From NCBI GenBank assembly GCA_052168235.1, contig JBQLZK010000008.1:1-64000 (forward strand): a DNA stretch of 64,000 bases, read 5' to 3'. Every line of letters begins with the position of its first letter. Within the stretch, counting starts at the first letter, position 1. The translations under genes were made by a program, and so were the position numbers. The notes under the pieces were generated by a model. That model ran no database searches, was not told the origin of the DNA, and worked only from the letters and a program-made list of their open reading frames with translations. Source of the stretch: Thainema sp. (GTDB taxonomy: Bacteria; Cyanobacteriota; Cyanobacteriia; Phormidesmidales; Phormidesmidaceae). This document shows positions 1-9,032 of the stretch, piece after piece.

Positions 1-312
1 TGTCTCGCATCTCAGGAGGGTCGGTCTACCTCTCTTCTCTCAACATACAAGGAGTATGGAAACTCAGAATTACTTGCATTCGTCGCAAATAGCGTTATGA
101 TGTCTTGCTGATGCACGCAAAACTGCGATCGCACCCCTCCTAGTATTGTTGAAAGACGCAAATAAGCCTCAAGTCGGTTAACCGGGGCTTTTGTAGAATC
201 TATGTTTTAGTTCAGTTTTGTCAGGTTGCTGTCTTCCACTCGAACGTCACCATCATTCACCATCAAGTCAATCACGGCAATTTGTCTATTGTGTTGAGGA
301 GCATCAATCCTT

Positions 313-2208
313 GTGAAGTATCGCTGGTTATTTCGTAGCTTGTTACCCGGCTTAGTTGGGCTCATGCTGTCCGCAACCCCAGCAGAAGCGGGTCGCCTCC
401 AGTTTTGGCGATTTGATCGGGATGCCAATCGTCTTACCTTCACCACAGACGATGGTGTGCAGCCCACCGCTCAACTGATTGCGAACCCCACGCGGCTCGT
501 TATCGATTTGCCGCAAACATCGTTGGGCAGTAGCTCAACTGCGCGGCAGGCGGTTGGTGGGTTGATTCGTGAAGTGCGCGCGGGGCAGTTTGACAGCAGC
601 ACGGCTCGGATTGTGATCGAAATTGCGCCGGGCTATACGATTGACCCGAATCAAGTCCAAATTCGGGGACTGAGCCCATCGCAATGGACGGTTGAGCTAC
701 CCACGCCGCAGCGGGTTGATCCAGCCTCAACTGCCCAATCTCCACCCACCACTCCAGCAGCCCCGGCTTCTACTCCAAGCAGTGCGGCTGGCGAGACTGA
801 AGTACCTGATCCGGTCAACGCACCAATTCAGGTGACAGACCTGCGCGTCACCGCCGATGGGCTATTTATCCAAACGCGAGGCGGAGAACCGGAAATCTTA
901 GACATCGATCGCGATCGCGATCGCAGAGATCGAGAAATCCGAATTGACTTAGGTAACGCCAGTATTGCGCCTCGTTTAACCCTGAATCAGCGCGACCAAA
1001 CCTTTGATCGACCCGACATTGATCGCCTCCAGATTGAGCAGCTTGACGACGATCCAGCCGTTGTCCGAGTCACGTTAACCCTGCCAGAACGCGCACCGGA
1101 TTGGGACATCAATCCCAGCAATTTGGGCGGTTTGGTACTGATTCCCCGGCGCGGTACAACCTTTGTGGCCGGAGAGCGTCCGGTTGAGTTACCTCGAACA
1201 ACCGATACGAATATTCGAGTCGCTACTCCTGATCAAATTGCGACTATTCGCAGCGTTCAGCTAGCTGAGAATGAGACTCAACTGCTGATTGAGTCCGATG
1301 GCGCGCTGACCTACACCAGCCAATACAACCAAAACGAGAATGCCTACGAAATCCGCATTCCATCGGCTCAACTCGCTGAAGAAGTTGAAGGGCCTGAACT
1401 GACTGAGGATAGCCCATTAACACGATTGCGGCTGCGGCAAGAGGAGGGCAATGTTGTCGTTGTCCTGGTGCAGCCTGCGGCAGGCATCCAGTTCGGCAAT
1501 GTTACCCGTCCAGAAGACGATACGATTGCCATTCAGCTACAGCGCGGATCCACGACGGCCACTGCGCCACCACCATCCACCACCGGAACCCCCATTCCTG
1601 TGCCCCAGCCATCTGCTGTTCCGCCTGAAACGCGGCCTGCTCCTTCGCTGCCGTCTGTGCGGAATGAACGGATTGTTGTCGTCATTGATCCGGGTCATGG
1701 GGGGCGAGATCCAGGTGCAGTGGGCATTGGCGGTCTACAGGAAAAAGATGTAATCTTCCCCATCGCCCGCGAAGTCGCGGCTCTGCTCGAACAGCAGGGA
1801 GTGCAGGTGATTATGACTCGTACTGACGATCGGGAAATTGACCTAGAGCCACGGGTACAAATTGCTGAACGGGCAAACGCCAGCCTCTTTGTCAGTATCC
1901 ACGCCAACGCGATTAGCCTCAGTCGGCCCGATGTCAACGGGTTAGAAACCTACTACTACTCGTCTGGCCAGCGCTTGGCCCAGGTGATTCACAACGCGAT
2001 TTTGCAGAATGTTGCCATTCAGGATCGGGGGGTGCGCCAAGCCCGTTTTTACGTGCTGCGTAATACCTCAATGCCAGCAATTCTGATTGAAACCGGCTTT
2101 GTTACAGGTGCTGAAGACTCGCGTCGCTTAGCGGATCCTACCCAGCAGCGAGTAATGGCAGCCGCTATTACTCAGGGAATTCTGCAGTACATTCAACAAA
2201 ATTTTTAG
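313..2208 (+). CDS. amiC: N-acetylmuramoyl-L-alanine amidase with AMIN domains
   Basis: Signal peptide, AMIN-like repeats (PTRLVIDLP), C-terminal Amidase_3 motifs IDPGHGG, EK, FVSIHAN, ILIETGF; GTG start. Confidence 0.92.
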   Translation: MKYRWLFRSLLPGLVGLMLSATPAEAGRLQFWRFDRDANRLTFTTDDGVQPTAQLIANPTRLVIDLPQTSLGSSSTARQAVGGLIREVRAGQFDSSTARIVIEIAPGYTIDPNQVQIRGLSPSQWTVELPTPQRVDPASTAQSPPTTPAAPASTPSSAAGETEVPDPVNAPIQVTDLRVTADGLFIQTRGGEPEILDIDRDRDRRDREIRIDLGNASIAPRLTLNQRDQTFDRPDIDRLQIEQLDDDPAVVRVTLTLPERAPDWDINPSNLGGLVLIPRRGTTFVAGERPVELPRTTDTNIRVATPDQIATIRSVQLAENETQLLIESDGALTYTSQYNQNENAYEIRIPSAQLAEEVEGPELTEDSPLTRLRLRQEEGNVVVVLVQPAAGIQFGNVTRPEDDTIAIQLQRGSTTATAPPPSTTGTPIPVPQPSAVPPETRPAPSLPSVRNERIVVVIDPGHGGRDPGAVGIGGLQEKDVIFPIAREVAALLEQQGVQVIMTRTDDREIDLEPRVQIAERANASLFVSIHANAISLSRPDVNGLETYYYSSGQRLAQVIHNAILQNVAIQDRGVRQARFYVLRNTSMPAILIETGFVTGAEDSRRLADPTQQRVMAAAITQGILQYIQQNF

Positions 2209-2431
2209 CCGTTTAGGTATTCAATACCGCATAGTCCAGATAAGAATGTCAAAATGCTGCAATGCGATCGCATTTTGGCCGATTCCATTACCATTTGGGA
2301 CAACGCCAGCGATTCACATCTATACTGCTCATCTTTGGCCAATTGGCACCTTAACCCGAGTCAGTTGCGATTTCATAGGGTAGGTGCATATACTCATTCA
2401 GATGGTTTCCAGCGACGGAGTACAACTATAC

Positions 2432-3286
2432 ATGACGAGTTCAATATCTTCTCAAGCCCAGATTGGCGTCTTTGATAGCGGCGTCGGCGGACTAACCGTC
2501 CTGCGAGAAATATATCGCCTCCTGCCCAACGAATCTGTGCTGTACTTTGGAGATACGGCTCGGCTACCCTATGGAACTCGCTCAGCCACTGAAATTACCC
2601 AGTTTGTCCGCGAAATCATTACCTGGATGCTCAGTCAGGGCGTCAAGCTAGTGCTGATGGCCTGCAACACCAGTTCTGCTCTGGCGCTCGAAACTGTCCA
2701 AGCCGAATTCAATATTCCTATTCTGGGCATCATCCAGCCCGGAGCTGAAGCCGCCGTTCAGCAGGGGCAACGTGTGGGTGTCATCGCTACGCCTGCCACC
2801 GCCGCCAGCAATGCCTACCGTCGAGCGATTATGACAGTGGATGAAACGGTCAAGGTTTGGCAAATTGGCTGTCCTGAATTTGTGCCGCTGATTGAGCAAA
2901 ATCGGATTGATCATCCTTTAACCCGCGAAATCGCTCAAGAATACCTCGCTCCGCTGCTGGCTCAGCAGATCGACACACTCGTCTATGGCTGTACCCACTA
3001 CCCGCATCTTGAACCTGTTTTGCGATCGCTGGTTCCGGCCTCCGTCAAATTTGTCGATCCAGCCCGATACGCCGTGATTCGAACCGCTCAGGTTCTCGAT
3101 GAGCAAAAATTACGCAGCCATTCCCTTCCTTCTCCCACCCGTTTTTGCGTCAGCGGCAATCCCTCGCAGTTTGCTCACCTCTCAAAGCAGTGGCTGGGCT
3201 GTACTCCAGTAGTTGAATCGGTCATGCTGCCACCAGTTCGTAGGCACTCACTTCATTCCTACTCCCGGTCTTTGGAAGCATCATAA
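2432..3286 (+). CDS. murI: Glutamate racemase
   Basis: FDSGVGG, PYG, ACNTSS and GCTHYP motifs; ATG at 2432 preferred over the GTG at 2384. Confidence 0.95.
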   Translation: MTSSISSQAQIGVFDSGVGGLTVLREIYRLLPNESVLYFGDTARLPYGTRSATEITQFVREIITWMLSQGVKLVLMACNTSSALALETVQAEFNIPILGIIQPGAEAAVQQGQRVGVIATPATAASNAYRRAIMTVDETVKVWQIGCPEFVPLIEQNRIDHPLTREIAQEYLAPLLAQQIDTLVYGCTHYPHLEPVLRSLVPASVKFVDPARYAVIRTAQVLDEQKLRSHSLPSPTRFCVSGNPSQFAHLSKQWLGCTPVVESVMLPPVRRHSLHSYSRSLEAS

Positions 3287-3296
3287 ACCTGTTATA

Positions 3297-3363
3297 AAAC
3301 CCGTAGTTTATTTCGATGCAGTGTTTGCAACACAAACACTGCATCGAAATAAACTACGGGTTT
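3297..3363. repeat. Perfect 31-bp inverted repeat (hairpin mini-element) just after murI
   Basis: aaacccgtagtttatttcgatgcagtgtttg-caaca-caaacactgcatcgaaataaactacgggttt. Confidence 0.9.
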
Positions 3364-4243
3364 CGACCAAATTTCCTATGAGCCCAGCTATTGGCGCGCC
3401 TTTGACTGCTGAACAAACGTCAACAGCAAGTAAATGCAAATTAGGTAACCGATCGCGAAAGCTGGAATGATAATAGGCATAGTATCAGGGGTCATAGTGC
3501 AACGAAGAAGACTTTAAGATGTTGGAGACTGAATCAAAAGGTGCTGTTGTAAGCGTATTCAGAAACAGCGGTTAGGTAGGAAGGACAAAGCGGTACGACC
3601 ACGGCTAGCCCTGTAGCTAACTGGACTATGGCCAACACCTTACCGCTACAGTTACTCTGCGCAACTACGTGCAGAACGAGCGTACAAAGCAATTACAAAA
3701 CAAGAAATACCGCAAAGCAACGGCCAGAGATTTGGCCATAGCCTGCTCATAATCAGGTGAAATGAAGTCGGAAGAGTCTTACCACAACGCTGAAACAAAT
3801 TCGCCTGTAAATGGTTCAACCTCAGTTCAACCTCAGGCCCGTCTGCTTCTGCTTGTTCACGTATGGCAGATGACTGTGTCGAGCAAATGCTGCACACTAA
3901 CTCCGCAGCAATACTGAAGAGCCATGCTCACGACTTCGCTCGATTTTGTCTTTAACTCAACCTGCGAAGAATATTTAGTTTTTCGGGAAAGCCTTATATC
4001 TAAGGTAACATAGCACCTTTAACTTTTAGACACTAATGCCCTGTTCTTGTTAACAAAGTTAGAAAACCGTCTGCTAGACAGCTTGGCCACTCCAATGAAG
4101 AGGGTTCGGTTTTGTACACAGGGTTGCGGGAGCCACTGCACGATCATTTTGATCATTTCTCCAGCAGATTTTGATCGGTTGCCTTAGAATGAGAACAGAA
4201 ATTATGTAAAATTTCGTTAATAAACGCCTGAGTCGGCTGGTTC

Positions 4244-5215
4244 ATGACTTCTGTTCTTTCCCTTTTTACGCCTGTTGAGGAAGACCTCCGCACCCTGACG
4301 GAGAATCTGAAAAATTTGGTCGGTGCCCGACATCCCATTCTGTATGCAGCGGCAGAGCATCTCTTCGGAGCGGGAGGTAAACGCATCAGGCCAGCGATTG
4401 TGCTATTGCTATCCCGCGCTACGATGCCGGAACAAGCGATTACAGCTAAGCATCGTCGGCTAGCTGAAATCACTGAAATGATCCATACGGCTAGTTTGGT
4501 GCATGACGATGTCGTTGATGAAGCGGCAACGCGGCGCGGTGTACCCACAGTCCACAGCAGTTTTGGTAATCGAGTGGCGGTGCTGGCCGGAGACTTCCTG
4601 TTTGCTCAGTCGTCCTGGTACCTGGCCAATTTGGACAATTTAATTGTAGTTAAACTGCTGTCTCAGGTGATTATGGATTTGGCCGAGGGCGAAATTCGCC
4701 AAGGACTGAATCGTTTTGATACCGATTTAACGATTGAAGCTTACTTGGATAAAAGCTATTACAAAACGGCTTCCTTGATTGCTAACAGTGCCAAAGCCGC
4801 TGGAATTCTAAGTGGAGTCAGTGATACAGTTGCTAATCACCTCTATCAATATGGACGACATATTGGCTTGGCCTTTCAGATTGTTGATGATGTGCTGGAC
4901 TTTACGGGGTCGGCAGAAACGTTAGGTAAGCCAGCTTGTTCTGACTTATGTAGCGGCAATATTACGGCTCCTGCTCTTTATGCCATGACTGAGCAACCCT
5001 ATCTGGCTACTTTAATTGAGCGCGAATTTGCCGAAGAGGGTGATTTCGAAAATGCGATCGCACTTGTGCAAGATAGTACTGGCATTCAACAAGCTAGAGA
5101 TTTAGCTGCACACCATGCTAAAACAGCAACGCAGCATCTTGTCGAGCTACCCGATTCGCCAGCCCGTCAAGCATTAATTGACCTCGCTGATTACGTCTTA
5201 AGTCGCCTGTATTAG
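4244..5215 (+). CDS. sds: Solanesyl (polyprenyl) diphosphate synthase
   Basis: GGKRIRP, SLVHDDVVD, RRG, KTASL and FQIVDDVLD motifs. Confidence 0.93.
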   Translation: MTSVLSLFTPVEEDLRTLTENLKNLVGARHPILYAAAEHLFGAGGKRIRPAIVLLLSRATMPEQAITAKHRRLAEITEMIHTASLVHDDVVDEAATRRGVPTVHSSFGNRVAVLAGDFLFAQSSWYLANLDNLIVVKLLSQVIMDLAEGEIRQGLNRFDTDLTIEAYLDKSYYKTASLIANSAKAAGILSGVSDTVANHLYQYGRHIGLAFQIVDDVLDFTGSAETLGKPACSDLCSGNITAPALYAMTEQPYLATLIEREFAEEGDFENAIALVQDSTGIQQARDLAAHHAKTATQHLVELPDSPARQALIDLADYVLSRLY

Positions 5216-5296
5216 AGACATTCTCAACAAGGGTAGGTATGTCGCTGCGATGCGGCAGTATACCTACCCTTGTTGATGTGAAATAGAAAATTGCAG

Positions 5297-6406
5297 CTAC
5301 GCTGAAGCTGAGAATGAGATAAAACCAAGCTCAGAAGCTGAGAACCACTGGTTAGAATCTGCCTGGAACTGCTTCCAAGCCTCGTAAATTTTGCGATAGC
5401 TTTCATTTTCAGCAGCGAGTTCGTCATACAGCTCAAATGCAGCGTCACGGGCGGTTACCATCACTTCATCTGGGAAACGTTTGAGTTCAACGCCTTCCGT
5501 TAAGAGCTTAGCTAGTGCTCCTGGATTGCGGGCATCATAGCGAGCCATGATGTTGGTGTGCGTTTCTGCCGCTGCCGTTTTTAGGGCTTGCTGATAGTTG
5601 GTCGGAAGTTGATTCCAGGCATCGAGATTAAAGTAGAACGAATACTGAGAAGCGGGTTCCCACCAACCGGGATAGTAATAGATGCTAGCGGCCTTTTGTA
5701 ACCCCAATTTTTCATCATCGTAAGGCCCAACCCATTCCGCTGCGTCAATGGTGCCAAGCTGAAGCGCCTGGAAAATTTCGCCTCCTGCTAAATTTTGCAC
5801 ATTCACACCGAGCCGTTCTAGCACCGAGCCGCCCAAGCCCGGAATTCGCATGTTAAGTCCTTCAAGATCGCTGGCCGTATTGATTTCTCGCTTCCACCAG
5901 CCCCCCATCTGCGTCCCCGTGTTGCCACCCGGAAAGCTGATGATATTGAAATCAGACAGCAGTTCATGAACGAGGTCTAATCCACCCCCTTCATACATCC
6001 AGGCTGTTTGCTGACGATAGTTCAAGCCAAAGGGAACGGCGGTGTCAAAGGCCAGTGCTTCGTTCTTGCCGCGATAGTAGTAGGAGTTGGTATGTCCGGC
6101 CTGCACCGTACCCTGCTGGACTGCATCGAGCACTTCTAAACCGGGTACGATTTCGCCAGCTGTAGACAAAATCATTTCAAATCGACCGTTTGTGAGTTCT
6201 TTAACGCGCTCCACAAAGACTTCGCTACCGCCATACACCGTATCCAAGCTAGGGGTGTAGCTAGATGCCATCCGCCACTGCACCGACTGGGTTTCATCGG
6301 TTTGGACGGTTGGGCCAGTGCTATTCGTTTGCTGACCACATGCGGCTAGAGCAACGGTTGTCGTTGTGCCGATGGCCGCGCTGCTTATAAATTGTCTGCG
6401 TTTCAT
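5297..6406 (-). CDS. TRAP transporter substrate-binding lipoprotein (DctP, TakP-like 2-oxoacid-binding type)
   Basis: Tat motif MKRRQFI, lipobox LAAC, GNTGTQMGGW, MRIPGLGG, IDAAEWVGPYDD, YYYPGWWEP. Confidence 0.88.
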   Translation of the reverse strand: MKRRQFISSAAIGTTTTVALAACGQQTNSTGPTVQTDETQSVQWRMASSYTPSLDTVYGGSEVFVERVKELTNGRFEMILSTAGEIVPGLEVLDAVQQGTVQAGHTNSYYYRGKNEALAFDTAVPFGLNYRQQTAWMYEGGGLDLVHELLSDFNIISFPGGNTGTQMGGWWKREINTASDLEGLNMRIPGLGGSVLERLGVNVQNLAGGEIFQALQLGTIDAAEWVGPYDDEKLGLQKAASIYYYPGWWEPASQYSFYFNLDAWNQLPTNYQQALKTAAAETHTNIMARYDARNPGALAKLLTEGVELKRFPDEVMVTARDAAFELYDELAAENESYRKIYEAWKQFQADSNQWFSASELGFISFSASA

Positions 6407-6444
6407 ATCTGTTGCTGCTATTCCTCAATTTATACCTCTGGATA

Positions 6445-6458
6445 GTAGCCATGAATAC
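6445..6458. promoter_or_regulatory. Putative NtcA box (GTA-N8-TAC) upstream of the TRAP binding-protein gene
   Basis: GTAGCCATGAATAC inside the extended palindrome ggatagta...tactatcc, 39 nt upstream of the ATG. Confidence 0.5.
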
Positions 6459-6545
6459 TATCCGTAATTTGTTATGTTCTATACCTTATTACAGCGGCCT
6501 GAGGGAAGGTCGCGTTACAGATAGATAAAAAACGTGTTCGCAACG

Positions 6546-6578
6546 AAAAAGAAGGGAGACAAAATTGTCTCCCTTCTT
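6546..6578 (-). terminator. Intrinsic terminator downstream of the acidic secreted-protein gene
   Basis: aagaagggagacaa-aa-ttgtctcccttctt stem followed by a T-run on the minus strand. Confidence 0.75.
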
Positions 6579-6656
6579 GCTTTTCAGATTATGAGCTGAA
6601 TCAAGCGCTGCTTTGGCGCTTCAGCAATAATGCTAGAGCCTTGGCTTTAGCTGAAA

Positions 6657-8675
6657 TTAGCTGCCGATTTCGCCCAAACCCTCTACAGCACCACCATCAG
6701 TATTATCTGTAGTGCCATCATCGGTGTCAGTAGAGCTGTCATCGCTACTGTCGTCAGTATCATCATCTAGATCATCATCCAAATCATCGTCATCGGAATC
6801 ATCCGTATCATCTAAGTCATCATCGGAGTCATCAGAATCGTCATCACTGGAATCGTCATCGGAATCATCCGTATCATCGGAGTCATCATCGGAGTCATCG
6901 GAATCGTTATCGGAATCATCCGTATCATCGGAGTCATCGGAATCGTCATCATCCAAATCATCGTCATCGTCATCCGTATCATCTAAGTCATCGTCATCGT
7001 CGTATTCAACATCGTCGTCAATCTCTTGGAGACCAACGAGAACAACGCCTTCTAATTCTTCTTCACTGACTTCCTCTAGACCAGCTAGACCAGGGAAGAT
7101 ACGAGAGGTTGGGCCGACCTGCTTGTAAGCAGTGATGAGCGTTGCAGTACCTGTACGTGGGAAGATGCAGTAGTAGGTCGTGCCGCTGATTCTGACCTGC
7201 TGTACTCGGATTGTGCGAACAGTACCAGAACCAAAGTCGTCATCATCGAAGTCATCGCCAAAATCGATATCATCAAACCGATAAACGGTCAGAAACTGAT
7301 ATTGATAAGAAGCGGTATTACTAACGTTAACGGTGTAAGGCGAAAACAAATTGACGGAGATAGGAGTCGTGGAGATGAATGCGACTCTAGAAGACCGTTC
7401 AACGGTTCTTGTGAACGAGGCAGGCACGAAAACAAATTCGTCATCATCGTCAATATCGCCATCATCGTCAACATCAAAATCGATGGAACTACCGCAGGCG
7501 TTACAGGTGGAACCAGAGCCTTCGCTCACATCAACATCATCAACATCAACGTTATCAAAATCAAAGCTGTCGTCTAAATCGGCAACTCCAGTCGCAGCAA
7601 AAAACTGAACAATACCCTCATCGCGATCGGTGCGGCCCCGCAGCTCATTGTCACCTTGTTCAAACTTAAAGCGAGTATTGTTTTCGCCGGTGCTGGCGAA
7701 GCCGTAAGTACTGGAGTTGTAGAAGGCAAAAATTCCTTCAGCGTCGCCATCAATCTCGTACTTGTCAATTGGTTGATCTGGATCAATACTGCCGCCATCG
7801 ACGCGCAACTGATCGAATGGGCCACCAAGAGTGATGTCAATCGCGCCAACTTCAGCCCGAATGTCTAGCTTGAGATCTTGGCCACGAGTTTCACCCGCTG
7901 TGCGAATCCGAAACTCGTCATTGGCTTCGCCGACAAAACGGATTTCATCATCAGCGAAATCGAAATCAGTTCCTTCACCAGCGGTTACATTTTCACCTTT
8001 GAAGTCAAATTGGAACCGTCCAGTAATACCCGTGGTAGGAGCGGGTGTAGGAATCGGTGTTGAGCCGCTATCCATGAAGCTTAACGTATTAGGCAAGCCA
8101 ATTTTGCCATCGTCTAAGCCTGCTTCGAACTCGCCAATATCTAAATCGCCATTAGAGCTGGAAAACCCTTCGGTGATCACGTTTACATCGCTAGCGCCTG
8201 GCAAGAAGATGAGAGGGGCATCACCCGGATCATCAGCGGCAATTAGAGAACCGCCAATGGTGCCGATGTTGGCGTCAAAGCTAGTCAGGGTAAAGTCTAA
8301 GGATGTGGGTGCGCCAGTGAACGGAATCGGTGTACCTGATTCGGTGAAGGCTACACCGGATAGGGTTCCTTGCAGTACGCCTGTGTCATTTGCATCGGGA
8401 ACGCCGTTGGCGTTAGCGTCGGTGAAACTAGCTGCGGATGGCGTAAAGATGGAAGTTGAGGTTGTGCCGTTCTCGCTTTCGATGAGCAACTGCTGAACGT
8501 TGATGTCGAACAGGCGCAGGTTTTCTTCTGGATCGGTGTCTGGGGTAAAGAATGCAGCTTGGCCGCTGGCTTCACCACCTGTGACTGTGATTTGCGCTTT
8601 GGCCGCTGGTGCGATCGCAATCGTTCCAGCCAGCAAACCCAGAGCTGCAAAACGAAATGACGTGTGACGAGTCAT
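6657..8675 (-). CDS. Secreted beta-rich protein with an extremely Asp/Ser-rich C-terminal tail
   Basis: Signal peptide ending AKA|Q; G/D/T/F-rich body; ~110-aa tail of DDSDD/DDTDD/DDLDD repeats. Confidence 0.85.
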   Translation of the reverse strand: MTRHTSFRFAALGLLAGTIAIAPAAKAQITVTGGEASGQAAFFTPDTDPEENLRLFDINVQQLLIESENGTTSTSIFTPSAASFTDANANGVPDANDTGVLQGTLSGVAFTESGTPIPFTGAPTSLDFTLTSFDANIGTIGGSLIAADDPGDAPLIFLPGASDVNVITEGFSSSNGDLDIGEFEAGLDDGKIGLPNTLSFMDSGSTPIPTPAPTTGITGRFQFDFKGENVTAGEGTDFDFADDEIRFVGEANDEFRIRTAGETRGQDLKLDIRAEVGAIDITLGGPFDQLRVDGGSIDPDQPIDKYEIDGDAEGIFAFYNSSTYGFASTGENNTRFKFEQGDNELRGRTDRDEGIVQFFAATGVADLDDSFDFDNVDVDDVDVSEGSGSTCNACGSSIDFDVDDDGDIDDDDEFVFVPASFTRTVERSSRVAFISTTPISVNLFSPYTVNVSNTASYQYQFLTVYRFDDIDFGDDFDDDDFGSGTVRTIRVQQVRISGTTYYCIFPRTGTATLITAYKQVGPTSRIFPGLAGLEEVSEEELEGVVLVGLQEIDDDVEYDDDDDLDDTDDDDDDLDDDDSDDSDDTDDSDNDSDDSDDDSDDTDDSDDDSSDDDSDDSDDDLDDTDDSDDDDLDDDLDDDTDDSSDDSSTDTDDGTTDNTDGGAVEGLGEIGS

Positions 8676-9032
8676 AGTTTCTTTTCCTTAGTGAATGAAC
8701 AGGCTAGCTATCAAAAGGGTGTTGTGCGAACCGCACCAGAGTAAGCCAAACAGTGGTCTAATTTGCTGTTAATACTTGCGCTTTCTGTTCTGATTCTTGT
8801 GACAGATCGTTTGGGTCAATTTATGTCCAAAGCAATCAGAGATAACCCTACAGACAAAATTTGCTAGTCGGCGAATACTTGCTGCGCTAATCATTAGCAT
8901 TGTCAAGTATTAAATATCACCCTTTCGACATCTGAGGTTCGCTCAATTGCGTCTTATTCAAGAGCATTTAGGCGAACCTCAGGTCATTAGAAGCATTTCA
9001 GGTGAGAAAGTTCCCCGGTTCTCAGATTTTTT

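Noticed and set aside
1..10. Possible minus-strand start codon of a gene divergent from amiC
   Set aside because: Only three codons are inside the window
3652..3897. 81-aa minus-strand ORF in the murI-sds spacer
   Set aside because: GTG start, no recognisable motif; cannot be supported from sequence alone
6712..8496. Ser-rich plus-strand ORFs (138, 85 and 221 aa); same pattern at 20641-21126
   Set aside because: Antisense shadows of GAT/GAC Asp codons in the real minus-strand genes
8932..8982. Imperfect hairpin between the porin and acidic-protein genes
   Set aside because: Most simply an ordinary 3' stabilising stem of the porin mRNA; no TIRs or second copy seen
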